Below, piece by piece: positions 38,426 through 51,584 of a stretch of DNA of 64,000 nt. Position 1 is the first letter of the stretch; each line of letters opens with the position of its first letter. Made by a program: the position numbers and the translations under genes. The notes below the pieces were generated by a model. The model did not search any database and was not told the DNA's origin. It saw nothing but the letters and a program-made list of their open reading frames with translations. Origin of the DNA: Octopus vulgaris (lineage: Eukaryota). The stretch lies in contig OX597820.1 in NCBI GenBank assembly GCA_951406725.2, positions 8,246,001 through 8,310,000 of the forward strand, read 5' to 3'.

Positions 38426-39162
38426 AAGAGAGAGAGTGATATGGACCTGCAGATCACAATTTGGTTGTAAATCTGTCATAAGAATAGATTCAGGACCGAC
38501 CTAGGGTTACACAACAAGGGTGGAATTCAAATGTTTGTACATGTACACACACTCCAAGACCAAGGAAGGCAATAAAATATTACTGGCAGTGGGGGGGGGG
38601 GTAGAGAGAAAGAGAAGGGGGGGAGCCAGGTCAATGAGACAGTGTTTGGCATTCAACATACAAGATCTCTGTGTCACAGAGAGAGAAAGAGAGTCCTCTT
38701 CCAGAGATAGGTAGTAGGGGTGGGTTTGAGGGTGGAAGCAGGCAGGGTTGAGGTTAGAGGGGTGGGGACAGGGTATCACTGAAACTGTGCTAAACTATTT
38801 AAACAGATTTCTCCAGTTGGGCAGAACTTCTTGTAAACATTCCATTGTTCTTCAGTCAAACTACCACCACCACCACCACTACTACTACTACTACTAAAAC
38901 AACCACTAATAACTGCATGACTGCTACTGTGAGTTAAATAGAATTAGCTGATTATATATATATATGTACGTATGTATGTATATATATGTGTGTATATATA
39001 TATATATGTGTGTGTGTATATATATATATATTATGCACACACACACACACTGTCTTGTTTTTGTATTTTGTACAATTTTGAACCATATACATATATACAT
39101 TTATACATATATTTTCAAACATATGCAATATATACACTTTCACATGCACACACACACATGTG

Positions 39163-39196
<34 letters not shown>

Positions 39197-39634
39197 CATA
39201 CACACACACACACAGCACACATACACAAATGTTGAGTGTAAATATATATAAACTGCTACCCACGTATATTCAGTAGCAACAATGTATTCTAAGAATTCAC
39301 AGGAAGTTCTAAACCATTAACAAAAAAACCATTCCAACATGAATGTTGAATGGTGAATGGTGGTTCTGTCTGTGTGTTGCAAAAGTGTGTCACTGTTTTA
39401 GTAATCTTCCTGGTTTTGTTCATTTACCAACATTGTATATTGTCTCTTCAAAGTCCACATCAGTATTTCATGGCTGGGATGCCAAACTTGGCATGGCTTG
39501 GGGAGAATGCCGGCTGCCTCACAGTGTGTGTGTGTGTGTCTGTGTGCTTGTGTGCGTGTGTGTGTGTGCTTGTGTGCTTGTGTGTGTGTGTGTGTGTGCT
39601 TGTGTATGTGTGTGTATGCTTGTGTGTGTATGCT

Positions 39635-39667
<33 letters not shown>

Positions 39668-40648
39668 ATGCTTGTTTGTGTGTGTGTGTGTGTGTGAGTG
39701 TGTGTATGCTTGTGTGTGTGTGTGTGTGTGTTTTAGAGAAGTAAAATAATCATCATAACATCTACTGTAACCCTGGCTCACATGAAATTCACTGAGGCAA
39801 ATTTTCTAAGGTAGGATGCTTTTCCTGTCTACAACCTTCAGTTTTATCCAAGAACAGAAGCATTTCCCCAACTCCTTCAAACAAGGAACAGTCCAGACAT
39901 GCTTGCAAGGAGTATTGTAAACAAATGACACCATTTTGTATGAACGGAGACGTTTGTTTACAATCTACATAGCTGTAGGAGTGGCTGCGTGGTAAGTAGT
40001 TTGCTTACAAACCACAAGGTTCCGGGTTCAGTCCCACTGCGTGGCACCTTGAGCAAGTTTCTTCTAGTATAGCTTCGGGTCGACCAAAGCGTTTTGAGTG
40101 GATTTGGTAGAGAGAAACTGAAAGAAGCCCATCGTATATATATATATGTATGTGTATATCATCGCTTAACGTCCGCTTTCCATGCTAGCATGGGTTAGAC
40201 GATTTGACTGAGGGCTGGCAAACCAGATGGCAGCACCAGGCTCCAATCTTGATCTGGCAGAGTTTCTACAGCTGGATGCCCTTCCTAACGCCAACCACTC
40301 TGAGAGTGTAGTGGGTGCTTTTACATGCCACCGGCACGGGGGCCAGTCAGGCGGTACTGGTAATGACCTCGCTCGAATCTTTTTTACACATGCCAACGGC
40401 ACAGGTGCCAGTAAGGCAATGCTGATATACATATATATACATATTATCTGTGGATGTTCTCACCACCACCACCACCACCTCCACTTTCACTCCTCCACCC
40501 CTCTATCCCACCACCCTATAATCACCACCACTACCACCACCATCAATACATCGTTCAATTTCATCCATCATTTCACATGAATAAAAATGCGGAAACATAA
40601 AGTGACAAGCAGTTTATGGCAGAAGCAGATCCCAACCACACCTTGTGT

Positions 40649-40709
<61 letters not shown>

Positions 40710-41075
40710 CCTAGACCTAATTGTGTTTATTGTTCTCTAGCAAACATATTCGTGACACAATAACCCTTTTGTAGGTTCACCCCAACACAAAAGAACATAA
40801 ACCCATCTCTGTACCCAATAACACAGCATTATGGAACAAATTCATTCCACTGCAAAGCCCCCACCAGATATGCAGGCGTGTGTGTGTGTGTGCACGTGCG
40901 TGAGTATATACCTACAAGATTGAATATATACATGTAGATGTATACATGGGCTTGTGTGTGTGTGTGTGTATGTGTGTATGTGATTATGCAGATAAACAAA
41001 TTAGACACATTAGATATATTAAACATAATGGCTTAAGTATGAAATTCAAATTATGTGTTCTTTTTCTTTTCTTTT

Positions 41076-41471
41076 CTTTTACTTGTTTCAGCCATTTGAC
41101 TGCGGCCATGCTGGAGCACCGCCTGTAATCGAGCAACTCGACTCCGGGACTTATTCTTTTGTAAGCCCAGTACTTATTCTATCGGTCTCTTTTGCCGAAC
41201 TGCTACGTAACGGGGACATAAACACACCAGCATCGGTCGTCAAGCACTGCTAGGGGGACAAACACAGACACACAAACACACACATATATATATATATATA
41301 TATACATATATACGACGGGCTTCTTTCAGTTTCCGTCTACCAAAATCCACTCACAAGGCTTTGGTCGGCCCGGGGCTATAGCAGAAGACACTTGCCCAAG
41401 GTGCCACGCAGTGGGACTGAACCCAGAACCATGTGGTTGGTAGACAAGCTACCTACCACACAGCCACTCCT
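41076..41471 (-). mobile_element. SINE family C
   Basis: Full-length reverse-complement match. An older + copy lies at about 41700-42070 and a partial + copy at about 39977-40135. Confidence 0.88.
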
Positions 41472-42107
41472 ACACACAAAACCAGGGAAAGCAGAAGGTG
41501 GAGACATTCAGATGAGGAATCTTTAAATAGAAATGTATTAGCTATTAGTATGGATAGGTCCAACTTACACAGAGTACAAACGACAGACGAAATTAAAGAG
41601 GTGGAAGAAAGGTGTTATAAGTCCCAACAGCTGTTTCTGGAGGCTCAGACATCCATAACAGTGTTGATATGATTTTAAATATATAATATGATAAGTGTAG
41701 ACGAGACTGGTTCAGAAGTTTGCTTCCCCAACAACATGGTTCTGGGTTCAATCTTCCTGCATAGCACCTTGGACAAATGTCTTTATCTATAGCCCCAGGT
41801 CAATGAAAACCTTGTAAATAGATTTAGTAGATGGAAACAGAAAGAAGCCCATTGTGTGTGTGCATGCACATGTGCATTTGTTCCTCACCATTATTTGATA
41901 ACTGGTTGTTTGTTTACCTCCCCAGAGCTTAGTGGTTCAGCAAAAGGGATTGATAGAAAAAGCATCAGGTTTCAAAAAAGAAATAAGCATTGGGGTCAAT
42001 TTGTTTGATTAAACCCTTCAAGGCAGTGAGTGCTCCAGTATGGCCACAGTCTAATGACTGAAAGAAGATAAAGCACACATGCGCACACATACACGTTTAA
42101 ATATATA

Positions 42108-42728
42108 TTCTTTTACTTGTTTCAGTCATGTGACTGTGGCCATGCTGGAGCACCGCCTTTAGTCAAGCAAAGCGACCCCAGGACTTATTCTCTGTATGCC
42201 TAGTACTTATTCTATCAGTCTCTTTTGCCGAACCGCTAAGTTACAGGGACGTACACACACCAGCATCAGTTGTCAAGCGATGTTGTGGGTGGGGGACAAA
42301 CACAGACACACAAACATATACACACACATACATATATACACACATACACACACCGCGTGTGTACTGTTGGCGATTTTTTTATCTCCGTCTTCCCTTCCTT
42401 GGATCTTTCCTTTTCTTATGTTTCTGAAGAAGAGCTCCGCTCGAAACGTTAAATCCTCCTACTTTCTTTCCTTTTCTAATATCCAATAACACTATACTTG
42501 TTCCACGTCCTCACGTTGTTGTGTTTTCATGTTTGGATTAACTATATATATATATACACAACAGGCTTCTTTCAGTTTCCGTCTTCCAAATCCACCCACA
42601 AGGCTTTGGTCGGCCCGAGGCTATAGTAGAAGACACTTGCCCAAGGTGCCACGCAGTGGGACTGAACCTGGAACCATGTGGTTCGTAAGCAAACTACTTA
42701 CAACTACTTACACACACAGCCACTCCTA
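42108..42728 (-). mobile_element. SINE family C interrupted by a hammerhead-bearing unit
   Basis: SINE halves at about 42108-42350 and 42555-42728 flank a ~190-bp insert. Confidence 0.85.
42354..42545 (+). ncRNA. ~190-bp element with minimal hammerhead motif, family H2 (core about 42420-42457)
   Basis: GUUU [CUGAAGA] A GAGC-UCC-GCUC [GAAA] CG [UU] AAAU: canonical CUGANGA/GAAA core with palindromic AACGUU. Confidence 0.7.
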
Positions 42729-43026
42729 CACCTATATCATCATCATCATCATCATCATCATCGTTTAACGTCCGTTCTCCATGCTAGCATGGGTTGGACG
42801 GTTCGACCGGGGTTCTGGGAAGCCAGAAGGCTGCACCAGGCTCCAGTCTAATCTGGCAATGTTTCTACAGCTGGATGCCCTTCTACAGCTGGATGCCCTT
42901 CCTAACGCCAATATATATATATATATATAATAATTCTTTGAGGGAATATTATTCCTAACTTACAGGGAAAAATTCAATTTAGAAATACTAAATCAAATTT
43001 CACAAAATATAATATATATATAAAAA

Positions 43027-43279
43027 TTAGAAAAAAAGACACATTTTACCAATTCAAAATGAACAATTAAATTACACCATCTAGAAAATTACATCTAATA
43101 GAAATATTAAAATTAAAATAATGATATACCGGAGATTAAGTAAATTGCAAAAAAAAAAATAAAAACGTATATATTTGGTATATTATTATTATTTTAATTT
43201 TAATATTTCTATTATATGTAATTTTCTAGATGGTGTAATTTAATTGTTCATCTTGAATTGATAAAAGGTGGTTTTTCTA

Positions 43280-43280
<1 letters not shown>
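43027..43280. mobile_element. AT-rich foldback/MITE-like element
   Basis: ~100-bp inverted arms (about 43027-43130 and 43177-43280) flanked by (TA)n. Confidence 0.75.
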
Positions 43281-43311
<31 letters not shown>

Positions 43312-43570
43312 AGAGAGAGAGAGGCATATATATACATGTCAAGTTTCATTGAGTCTGTGTCAATGAAATCCACTCACAAGACTTTGGTCTGTCCAAGGCT
43401 ATTATGGGAGGCACTGGCCCAAGGTGCCACACAGTAGCACTGAACTCAAACGAATGATATCAGGAAGTGAAATGCTTAACTGCACAGCTATGCATGATGT
43501 GCCAACATATATATATGTAAATAAAAACATGTATTCATTCCAGGGAGTTTCTATATAAGAAATAGATACA

Positions 43571-43812
43571 TGTGTATATTTAGGGCTAAAAAGTCCACTT
43601 GGTGGATTGCTATATGCTAGAAGAAGATCACATACAATCTAACTGCAAACAAGGAATGTTTTTTTGTAATTTTCATCTGTCTTGTCCGCCTATGTTCTGG
43701 TGTTCACTGAATTTTCTCTGAAGAACATTCTTTGTTTGTGGTTAGATCGTATGTGATCTTCTTCTAGCATATGGCTATCCACCTAGTGGACTTTTTAGCT
43801 CTAAATATACAC
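43571..43812. repeat. Inverted repeat with ~90-bp arms
   Basis: GTGTATATTTAGGGCTAAAAAGTCCAC...GAATGTT versus AACATTC...GTGGACTTTTTAGCTCTAAATATACAC. Confidence 0.85.
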
Positions 43813-43914
43813 GTTTTGAAATTTTTTTTCTGATTTTTCAGATTTTTTATATGCTAGGCTACTGATTTTAAATTGATATTAATTAAATTAATATTCAATT
43901 TATCTCCCTCATTA

Positions 43915-44409
43915 TCTTTATATATAAAAAAGAAGTTGTGTGTCTGTCTCCTACGATTTAGATTCCTAACTACTCCCACATTTTGCGGTGCAGTTTAACC
44001 AAAACCGGGTATCTTATAGTCGTGATTCATATCGAGCCCTTCTGGGTATTAGCGCATGTCTACGATGAGTCTACGATATTAAAAAAAATTTACCATCATT
44101 TTTTTTCCATTTTAATGCATTTTTTCGCTATTATATAAGGGAAGTAACTCTCTAAAAATGTCTACGAGTCAACGATTTAAAAAAAAATTTACCATCATTT
44201 TTTTTCCCATTTTTAATGCATTTTTTGCTATTATATAAGGGAAGTAACTCTCTAAAAATGTCTACGAGTCTACGATTTAAAAAAAAATTTACCATCATTT
44301 TTTTTCCATTTTAATGCATTTTTTTGCTATTTTTTGGCTATAACTCTCTAAAAATGCTTATATAGTTATTTCCCTTACAAACCCGAGCAACGCCGGGCGA
44401 TACTGCTAG
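43915..44409 (+). mobile_element. Non-autonomous Helitron
   Basis: A|TC ... CCCGAGCAACGCCGGG hairpin ... CTAG|T, no TSD; internal ~100-bp tandem units. Confidence 0.88.
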
Positions 44410-44449
44410 TTTAAATATATAAATATATGAATTCATTCATGCATTGAAC

Positions 44450-44800
44450 ATGGTCTGCTTGACTGGCTCCCATGCTGGTGACACATAAAAAACATCTGAA
44501 CCTGGCTGATGCCAATACACCCTGACTGGCCCCCATGCCTGTGGCTCGTAAAAAGCACTATCTGAATGTGATTGATGCCAGGATCACCAGAGCGACTCCT
44601 GTGCCAGTGGCACGTAAAAAGCATCCACTACACTCTCAGGGTGGTTGGCATTAGGAAGGGCATCGCAGCCTGTAGAAACATTGCCAGATCAGATTGGAAC
44701 CTGGTGCAGCCTTCAGGCACTCCAGACCTTAGTCAAACCGTCCAACCCATGCCAGCATGGAAAACAGATGGTAAGCGATGATGATGATGCTGATGATGAC
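44450..44800 (+). mobile_element. RTE-tail repeat
   Basis: Matches the LINE 3' UTR with (GAT)n tail. Other + copies at about 5075-5280, 21365-21590, 27420-27625, 57990-58470 and 63465-63783. Confidence 0.8.
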
Positions 44801-45369
44801 GATATAGACATGCCTGTATGCGTGATATCATATGTAATATGCACTGTTGTTTTTGGGTTCTCCCACCCCATATTTCCTTCCAGTAAATTTAACCATCCAT
44901 ATCTATTGCCATGGAAACTGAGTGGAGATGTGGTTAGCAGAGCATGTTGTAGAGTAAGTTGTAACTGGAGTGGAGGGAAGCTTCTGAAGGATGAGTGATG
45001 ACACAGTATCACCAATAATTTTTCCCTCCACCACCACCACCACCACCACCACCACCATCATCACTACCATTCTCCAGCTGAGTGGGTTACTTGAGGTAAC
45101 TTAAGTAAAGGTTATTCACCCAAGAGAACCCCAGTAAAGTGGAAAATTGAATGATGCCTAAGATAGATAAATTACCCAAGACAACTTATATTATTTGAAT
45201 CAAGTAGGTTATCCAAGGTACCCCTAAACAATAAACTAAGTCAACCCAGTTAGATTAACTTAAGTTTCCTCAGCTGATTAAGAAAAATCTACCCAAAGAT
45301 TAATGGGTAGAATTATTCTGGAGTAGCTTTGCAAAGTAGATTAAATGCAAATGTACTTTTGAATAATAG

Positions 45370-45630
45370 ATAAGCTAGGGTACCCTTGGAAAGTAAGTAA
45401 ATCTAGGGGTATCCTAAAAGGTAAATTAATCCAGGGTATCATGAAAGAGAGATTGATATAGGGGTATCCTGAAAGGTAAATTAATCCAGGGTGTCATGAA
45501 AGAGAGATTAATATAGGGGTATCCTGAAAGGTAAATTAATCCAGGGTGTCATGAAAGAGAGATTAATATAGGGGTATCCGGAAAGGTAGATTAGACTAAG
45601 AGTACCCTGAAAGAGAGATCATTCCAGGAT
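45370..45630. repeat. 55-bp minisatellite made of two ~27/28-bp subunits
   Basis: GGGGTATCC recurs at 45406, 45461, 45516 and 45571; more degenerate units upstream to about 45080. Confidence 0.85.
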
Positions 45631-46883
45631 GCTCTTGTTAGGTCCCCTAAATTTAAAAATCGATTTCAAATTCTGGTACAAGACCAGCAATTTCAGGGGA
45701 GGGGTAATTTGATTAGATTGACCCCCACTATTTATTTTATTTATTTTATCAATCCCGAAAGGCCAAGCCAACCTCGGCAGAATTTGAACTCAGATCATAA
45801 GGACAGACAAGCATTTTGCTTGACATGCAAACGATTCTGCCAGCTCATTACCGCTTTCCCTCGAATGAACGCCTGAAATATAATTACGATATTACAATAT
45901 GGAAATAAAAAAAAAGTCTTTCCCAACACCCTCATCATGATATATATACATGTAAGGGGGAGGGGTAGTAGTAGTAGTAGTTGTAGTAATGTAAATGATT
46001 GATGTTCTGTGTGTGTGTGTGTGTAATTTAATGTTAATGTGATGAATTTTGTCAGCTGTGGGCTGCATGTGAGTTGTGTAGCGCATGTTTTATGTAAGAT
46101 GTGTGTGTGGGGGTGGGGCAGTGAATGACATGATGTAATGGTGAGGGGCAGTGCATTGTAATGTGCATGTGACGTGCTTTGTAGGCAAGAAAATCATGTG
46201 TGGTGTGTAGCGATGGTGTGTATCAATGTAAACACACAAAATCCTCATCCGTAAAAATGATTGGTTCTTCATCTACACGCACACATGCACACACACACAC
46301 GCACGCACGCACGCACACACACCATACATTAACTTTCCCCTGTACACCACACACTTGTCTCCCCATCCCACCCCCCAAGTAGACAGTTTGTCAAAAAGCC
46401 AGGAAAGGAGGCATTAGTAACGCTGCTTAGTTAGCAGGATGTGGGTACATGTGTGACCTCATATCAACACCATCTGCTTGACCACTTGTTTCACTGATAA
46501 CTCTCAATAAATTCATTACAATACTTTCAACCACTGTCTCCTAGCAACAACAGAACAAAATGACAGTTGTATGGTGACTGCTCTCCTATTGAAAGGCTTC
46601 ACTTGCTAAACTGAAATGTGTTGTTGTTTAACCCCAGGTCAGGCCTGATCCACCTAACTTTATGATCAAAGATATTTTAGCTGGAATCATCCCGTCTTAC
46701 GTTCAATGTCTCTAGGACCGTAAAATCATGGGGCAGTATTCCTGTTTTAAGACAGAAAATCAATAAACCAGTGATTGATCTGTTAGAAACCTATCACTAA
46801 TTACTCTATTGTGATCAATGACTCTACTGTGATTGGCTCCATTGGATATCTATAATTTACAGTGAAACTGTGATTGGTTGAGA

Positions 46884-47332
46884 TAGTTAAGTTAAGTTAA
46901 TTTTTTGGCTCAAAAAGCAAAAAGCAAGGCCATGTAGGGGGACATGGAGTTATGTACATGGTGGTGTTCATGTAAAGAGTTCAGGCCATTTCTGGTCAAG
47001 AGAGACTTTGAACCAAGCGGTCGTCGGCATCTTCACTATCTCGTCCGGCAGCTTATTCCACGGATCCGCAACCCGGACGGGGAAAGCCCCTCTCCTTCGA
47101 TTGAGATGAAATCGTCGCAGATAGAGCTTTTCGGAATGACCCCCGCAGCCCACACTCTGGAGCAGGAGTGAAGAACAGCTCTTTCGAGAGGTTACACTTT
47201 CCGCTTATGATGTTGTGAGCAAGAATGAGATCACCACGGCATCATCATTTTTCTAGAGAATAAAGGTCAAGCATCTTCAGCCTTTCTTCATAAGGAAAAT
47301 GCTTGAGACCAAGAACCATGCGGGTAGCCAGC
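46884..47332 (-). pseudogene. 3' fragment of a CR1-group LINE
   Basis: ATRMVLGLKHFPYEERLKMLDLYSLE..RGDLI, RGHSEKL, VADPWNKLPDEIV; (TTAAC)n tail. Confidence 0.88.
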
Positions 47333-49303
47333 TTGAGGGCTGAGACAGGGCTAAACAACAACCCATCTATCAATAAAAAAGCTCTCCCCCGCTCCATTGA
47401 CAAGATGGACTTTGGCAACTCATTTAGAAACGATGAGAGAGAAAAAAAAATTAATCCAAGAGCACCAGGATTTGATCTTACAACCCATGGCTTTAAAACT
47501 AGTATCTGACTAGATCCACACAACCAGTTGGTCCCTGAACCCAACATAGCTGTGTAAGATATAGCAACAGGGTTACAAACTGGATATTAATTTTATCAAC
47601 TTGCAGAGAGATTCACTGCTTAATCGGGGTGGGGGATAAGGTATGTAGCAGGGGGGGTTAGTGATAGTGAGTCGAGGGGGGTAGAGGGGGGGATATGAAG
47701 AGAGGTTGTCAATGCAGTGATGTGGGGGGAAGTAAAAAGGGAGGAGGGGAGAGCATTCACCTTTAAATGTCTCCACCCCCACACACACACCACTACTACA
47801 GCTGGGGGTGGGGAAGTGAGGGAGGGAGGGAGGGCGGAAAGCGCCAGCAGGCCAGGTTTTCACAGAAGATTACAATAAAATAAACTGGTTCTCAATAAAA
47901 CAGTGAGAAATTTTATGACTCAACAGCTTATCTTTTAGCAAGGGGTCTACACTAGGAGTATAATCTGGGGGTTAATCTCTCATCATCATCATTACTATTG
48001 TCATTGTTGTTGTTGACTTGGAATAGTTGTGACATTAGAGAGATGGACAGATAGGGATAATGTGCTTATAAAATTGATATACACGTGTGTGTGGAGGGGG
48101 TATATGCAGAATACCTCAGTTAATAACCCAGATACATTCTTAAAACATGGTGAAACCATGGCTAACTACTGTCAGTTTGACATAGGAGAAGAGATCTGTG
48201 CTAGTTTCAACAGTGTTGGGAACATATTAGAAGGTGAAACACATCACCGATTCCACAGACTCATTGGTGCATCCTCAAAAGAACTTGACATCTTTGGGTA
48301 ACCTGACATGATACACTTGTTGCGCATCGTGATTTTCTTAAGTTAAAGTAAAATTAACAAAGAAGCTTGATTAAGATCCAGTATTACAATAAAATTATAA
48401 AACTGGATTAATTAATGAACTTTAATCACACGTATACAAATCTACTCAGCATTACTTTAATCAAACAGTGAGAAATGAGAGCAAAGTGATAAGATCTAGG
48501 ACAAAGGTTCAATCTTTGGTTCTTCCTCAACAATACATCAAATACCTTTAGTATTTTGGGAGATATTCGCTCATGAAACAATTCACATTTACCAAAATGT
48601 CTTATCCAAAAAACATCCCTTTGCTTCATCATCATCATCATCATCGTTTAACGTCTGTTTTCCGTGCTAGCATGGGTTGGACGGTTTGACCGGGTCTGGG
48701 AAGCCAGGAGGCTGTACCAGGCTCCAGTCTGATCTGACAGTATTTCTACAGCTGGATGCCCTTCCTAACACCAACCACTCCATGAGTGTAGTGGGTGCTT
48801 TTTACATGTCACCGGCACAGGTGCCAGAGGAGGCTGGCAGTGGCCACGATCGGTTGGTACTTTTTACGTGCCACCGGCACAGAAGCCAGTCATGGCAGCG
48901 CTGGTATCGGCCACGTTCGGATGGTGCTTTTTATTTGCCACCAGCACAAGTATCACAACTACAATTTCCATTTGATATTTATTTTGATGTTGATGCACTT
49001 ATCAATTATCAAGAATTGCCTAAAATTCAAGTTTACATTCTTCACAATAGTTTTTCTGGACAAAAGCATCAAACAAACTAATGAATGAACATTTCTGATG
49101 TTACCCACACTTTCTTAGAATTCTAAATCACAGACCAATGAGGGTTAATTTTGACATTTTCCTCGTTAATCATAATGTTTCTCATTAATAAACATCACCT
49201 GAAACCCTACCAACAAATAATTAATGTTAAATGTCTTTTGCTAGTTTTGAATCCAAAAGTATGTTTCTTTCCCTGAAGATGAACATCAGGAAGGGCATAA
49301 TAT

Positions 49304-49507
49304 TTACCCCTTTTGATACCCACCCAAAACTCAATCTGGTTCTATGATACCATTTTTCTGTTTTCAAGTGATCTGAATTTAAACCTTCTTCCATCAAAAT
49401 TTCTCTCAAATTTATGTTCCAAACATAATTAATGGTAAAATTGTTTTGCTAAATTTTTCATTAAAATGTAATTCAACAGAAATGAAATAGGGTAACAAAA
49501 GGGTTAA
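49304..49507. mobile_element. Degenerate piggyBac-type MITE related to 961-1186
   Basis: CCCTTTTGATACC ... GGTAACAAAAGGG|TTAA. Another decayed copy lies at about 60000-60215. Confidence 0.65.
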
Positions 49508-50688
49508 GAACAGCCCCTGATTCCTCTTCATTGAAATACAAGTCAATTCTCAAGAACCCCTTTACTACCTGTATTTTTTGCCAAACATATAGAAACTGGC
49601 ATCAAAATTATGTCAGTATTCAGGGTCGATTAAATAAGTACCAGTTATGCACTGGGATCAATGTAATTGACTAGCCCTCTTCTCCAAAAATTTTCAAGGC
49701 CTTGTGTCTAGAGTAGAAATAATAATAATAATTATTATTATTATTATTGAAGCAGAAAAGCTGGCAGAATCATTAGCATACCAGAGAAAACGCTTAGCAA
49801 CATTTCACCCGTGCTTTACATTCTGAGTTCAAATCCTGAAGTCAATTTTGCCTTACATCATCATCATCATCATTTAACGTCCACTTTCCATGCTAGCATG
49901 GGTTGGAGGTATGACTGAGGGCTGGCAAACCAGATGGCTGCACCAGGCTCCAATCTTGATCTGGCAGAGTTTCTACAGCTGGATGCCCTTCCAAATGCCA
50001 ACCTCTCCGAGAGTGTAGTGGGTGCTTTTTACGTACCACCGGCACAGGGGCCAGTCAGGAGGTACAGGCAATGACCTCGCTCGAATCTTTTTACACATGC
50101 CACCAGCACAGGTGCCAGTAAGGCGAGGTTGGTAATGATCACGTTCGAATGGTGCCCTTTTACGTGCCACCAGCACGGAAGCCAGTTGGTTGCTCTGGCA
50201 ACGATCACACTCGGATGGTGCTCTTGGCACCCTACTAGCATGGGCACAAGTGCCAGTAAGGCGACACTGAATAAATACCAGTTGCGCAGTTGATATAATC
50301 GACAAGCCCACCCCACCAAAAACAAATTTCAGGCCTTGTGCCATTATTTGAAATTATTATTATTATCATCTAGTGCTGTCTCACCAAAAATATCAACTCC
50401 AAGAAGAAATTAACAACACAGCCAGATGTGTATGGGCCCGGCTAAAAATAGCAGCCAAATGCCTTTCAAATAACACCATCTTAAAGCTGGAAACACTGAA
50501 GGATGTAGCCTTGGATAAACAATTCTTGAAAATAGACAGGAAGGTCATAGTTGGAATGATTTTGATCATAGGGTCTACTGGATCAGAAGAGGCCTGGGGC
50601 TAAACATCAACAAGAAATTAAGTGTTTGGTCAGTGAGGACAAAGTAACAACAACAACAAAAACACTTAGAGAGTCAGTGACATTTCTC

Positions 50689-50744
<56 letters not shown>

Positions 50745-50796
50745 ACAGACAGAGTAGTCTCCACAGAAAGGAAGCAGGGTTTTAAGTAGTTTGACA

Positions 50797-50810
50797 GTTG
50801 CCAAGGCAAC
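50797..50810. promoter_or_regulatory. RFX X-box-like palindrome
   Basis: GTTGCCAAGGCAAC in unique DNA. Confidence 0.45.
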
Positions 50811-51584
50811 GTAACAGCAGGTACAACAACAACAAGAACAGTAACTGTTGCTGCTGCTGCAGCTGGGAGGGGAGAGTAGGGAGTAGAGGAGGAAGGAAGG
50901 AAGCCAGATGCATTTTGTGTGTGTGTGTGTGTGTTTCAGTAGGAAGAATGATGTATAGAGGTACTTGCTGCATATAACTGGGTGTAAACGTGTATGTGTA
51001 TAAACTTACATACATACATATGTGTGTGTGTATTTATATATACATACACACACATACACACACATGGTGTAAGATGAGAAAGGCTAACACTTGGGAGAAA
51101 GAAGACAGCATGGTGGTGGTGGTGGTGATGGTGACAGTAGCAAATACTTAGAGTGGTTGTGTGACCCTAGGGCAATGGTGACCTCAGTGCAATTTGCACA
51201 CACACAGACACACACACCAACACAAGGGACCCCCATGTAGCCCTCTTCACATCATTACCAAGTGGCATTCATTAGGAAAACAGAGAAAAGCAATTACGAG
51301 ACTTGCACAGCCTGTGTTCAACATGTGCGCCCTTATCGCAGCCATTGCACCACACCCGCCACCCACACCACCCCCAGCCCCACAGACCTGTTCCACACAG
51401 TCTCCAACCTCCACCCACATCACCACCATCACTACACACACACTCTCTCCCTTTCACTCCCTAATAAGGGTCTTCAGTGTGGTCTCTTGACCTGCAAGAA
51501 ATAGCAGCCATTACACCTGCTATCATATTCTACTGCTTTAAATAAAGAAGGACACTTCACCTAATATACTTCAAGATGTAACGG

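Noticed and set aside
38952-39781. Many overlapping Cys/Val- or His/Thr-rich ORFs (also 54638-55391 and 56399-56865)
   Set aside because: Translations of (TG)n/(CA)n/(TA)n microsatellites, not genes.
48029-48301. 90-aa ORF in unique sequence
   Set aside because: No recognisable domain or convincing splice signals; length compatible with chance.
49272-49295. CTGAAGA followed by a hairpin (also CTGAAGA at about 43717 and CTGAGGA at about 26620)
   Set aside because: No stem II-GAAA-UH arrangement; not hammerheads.
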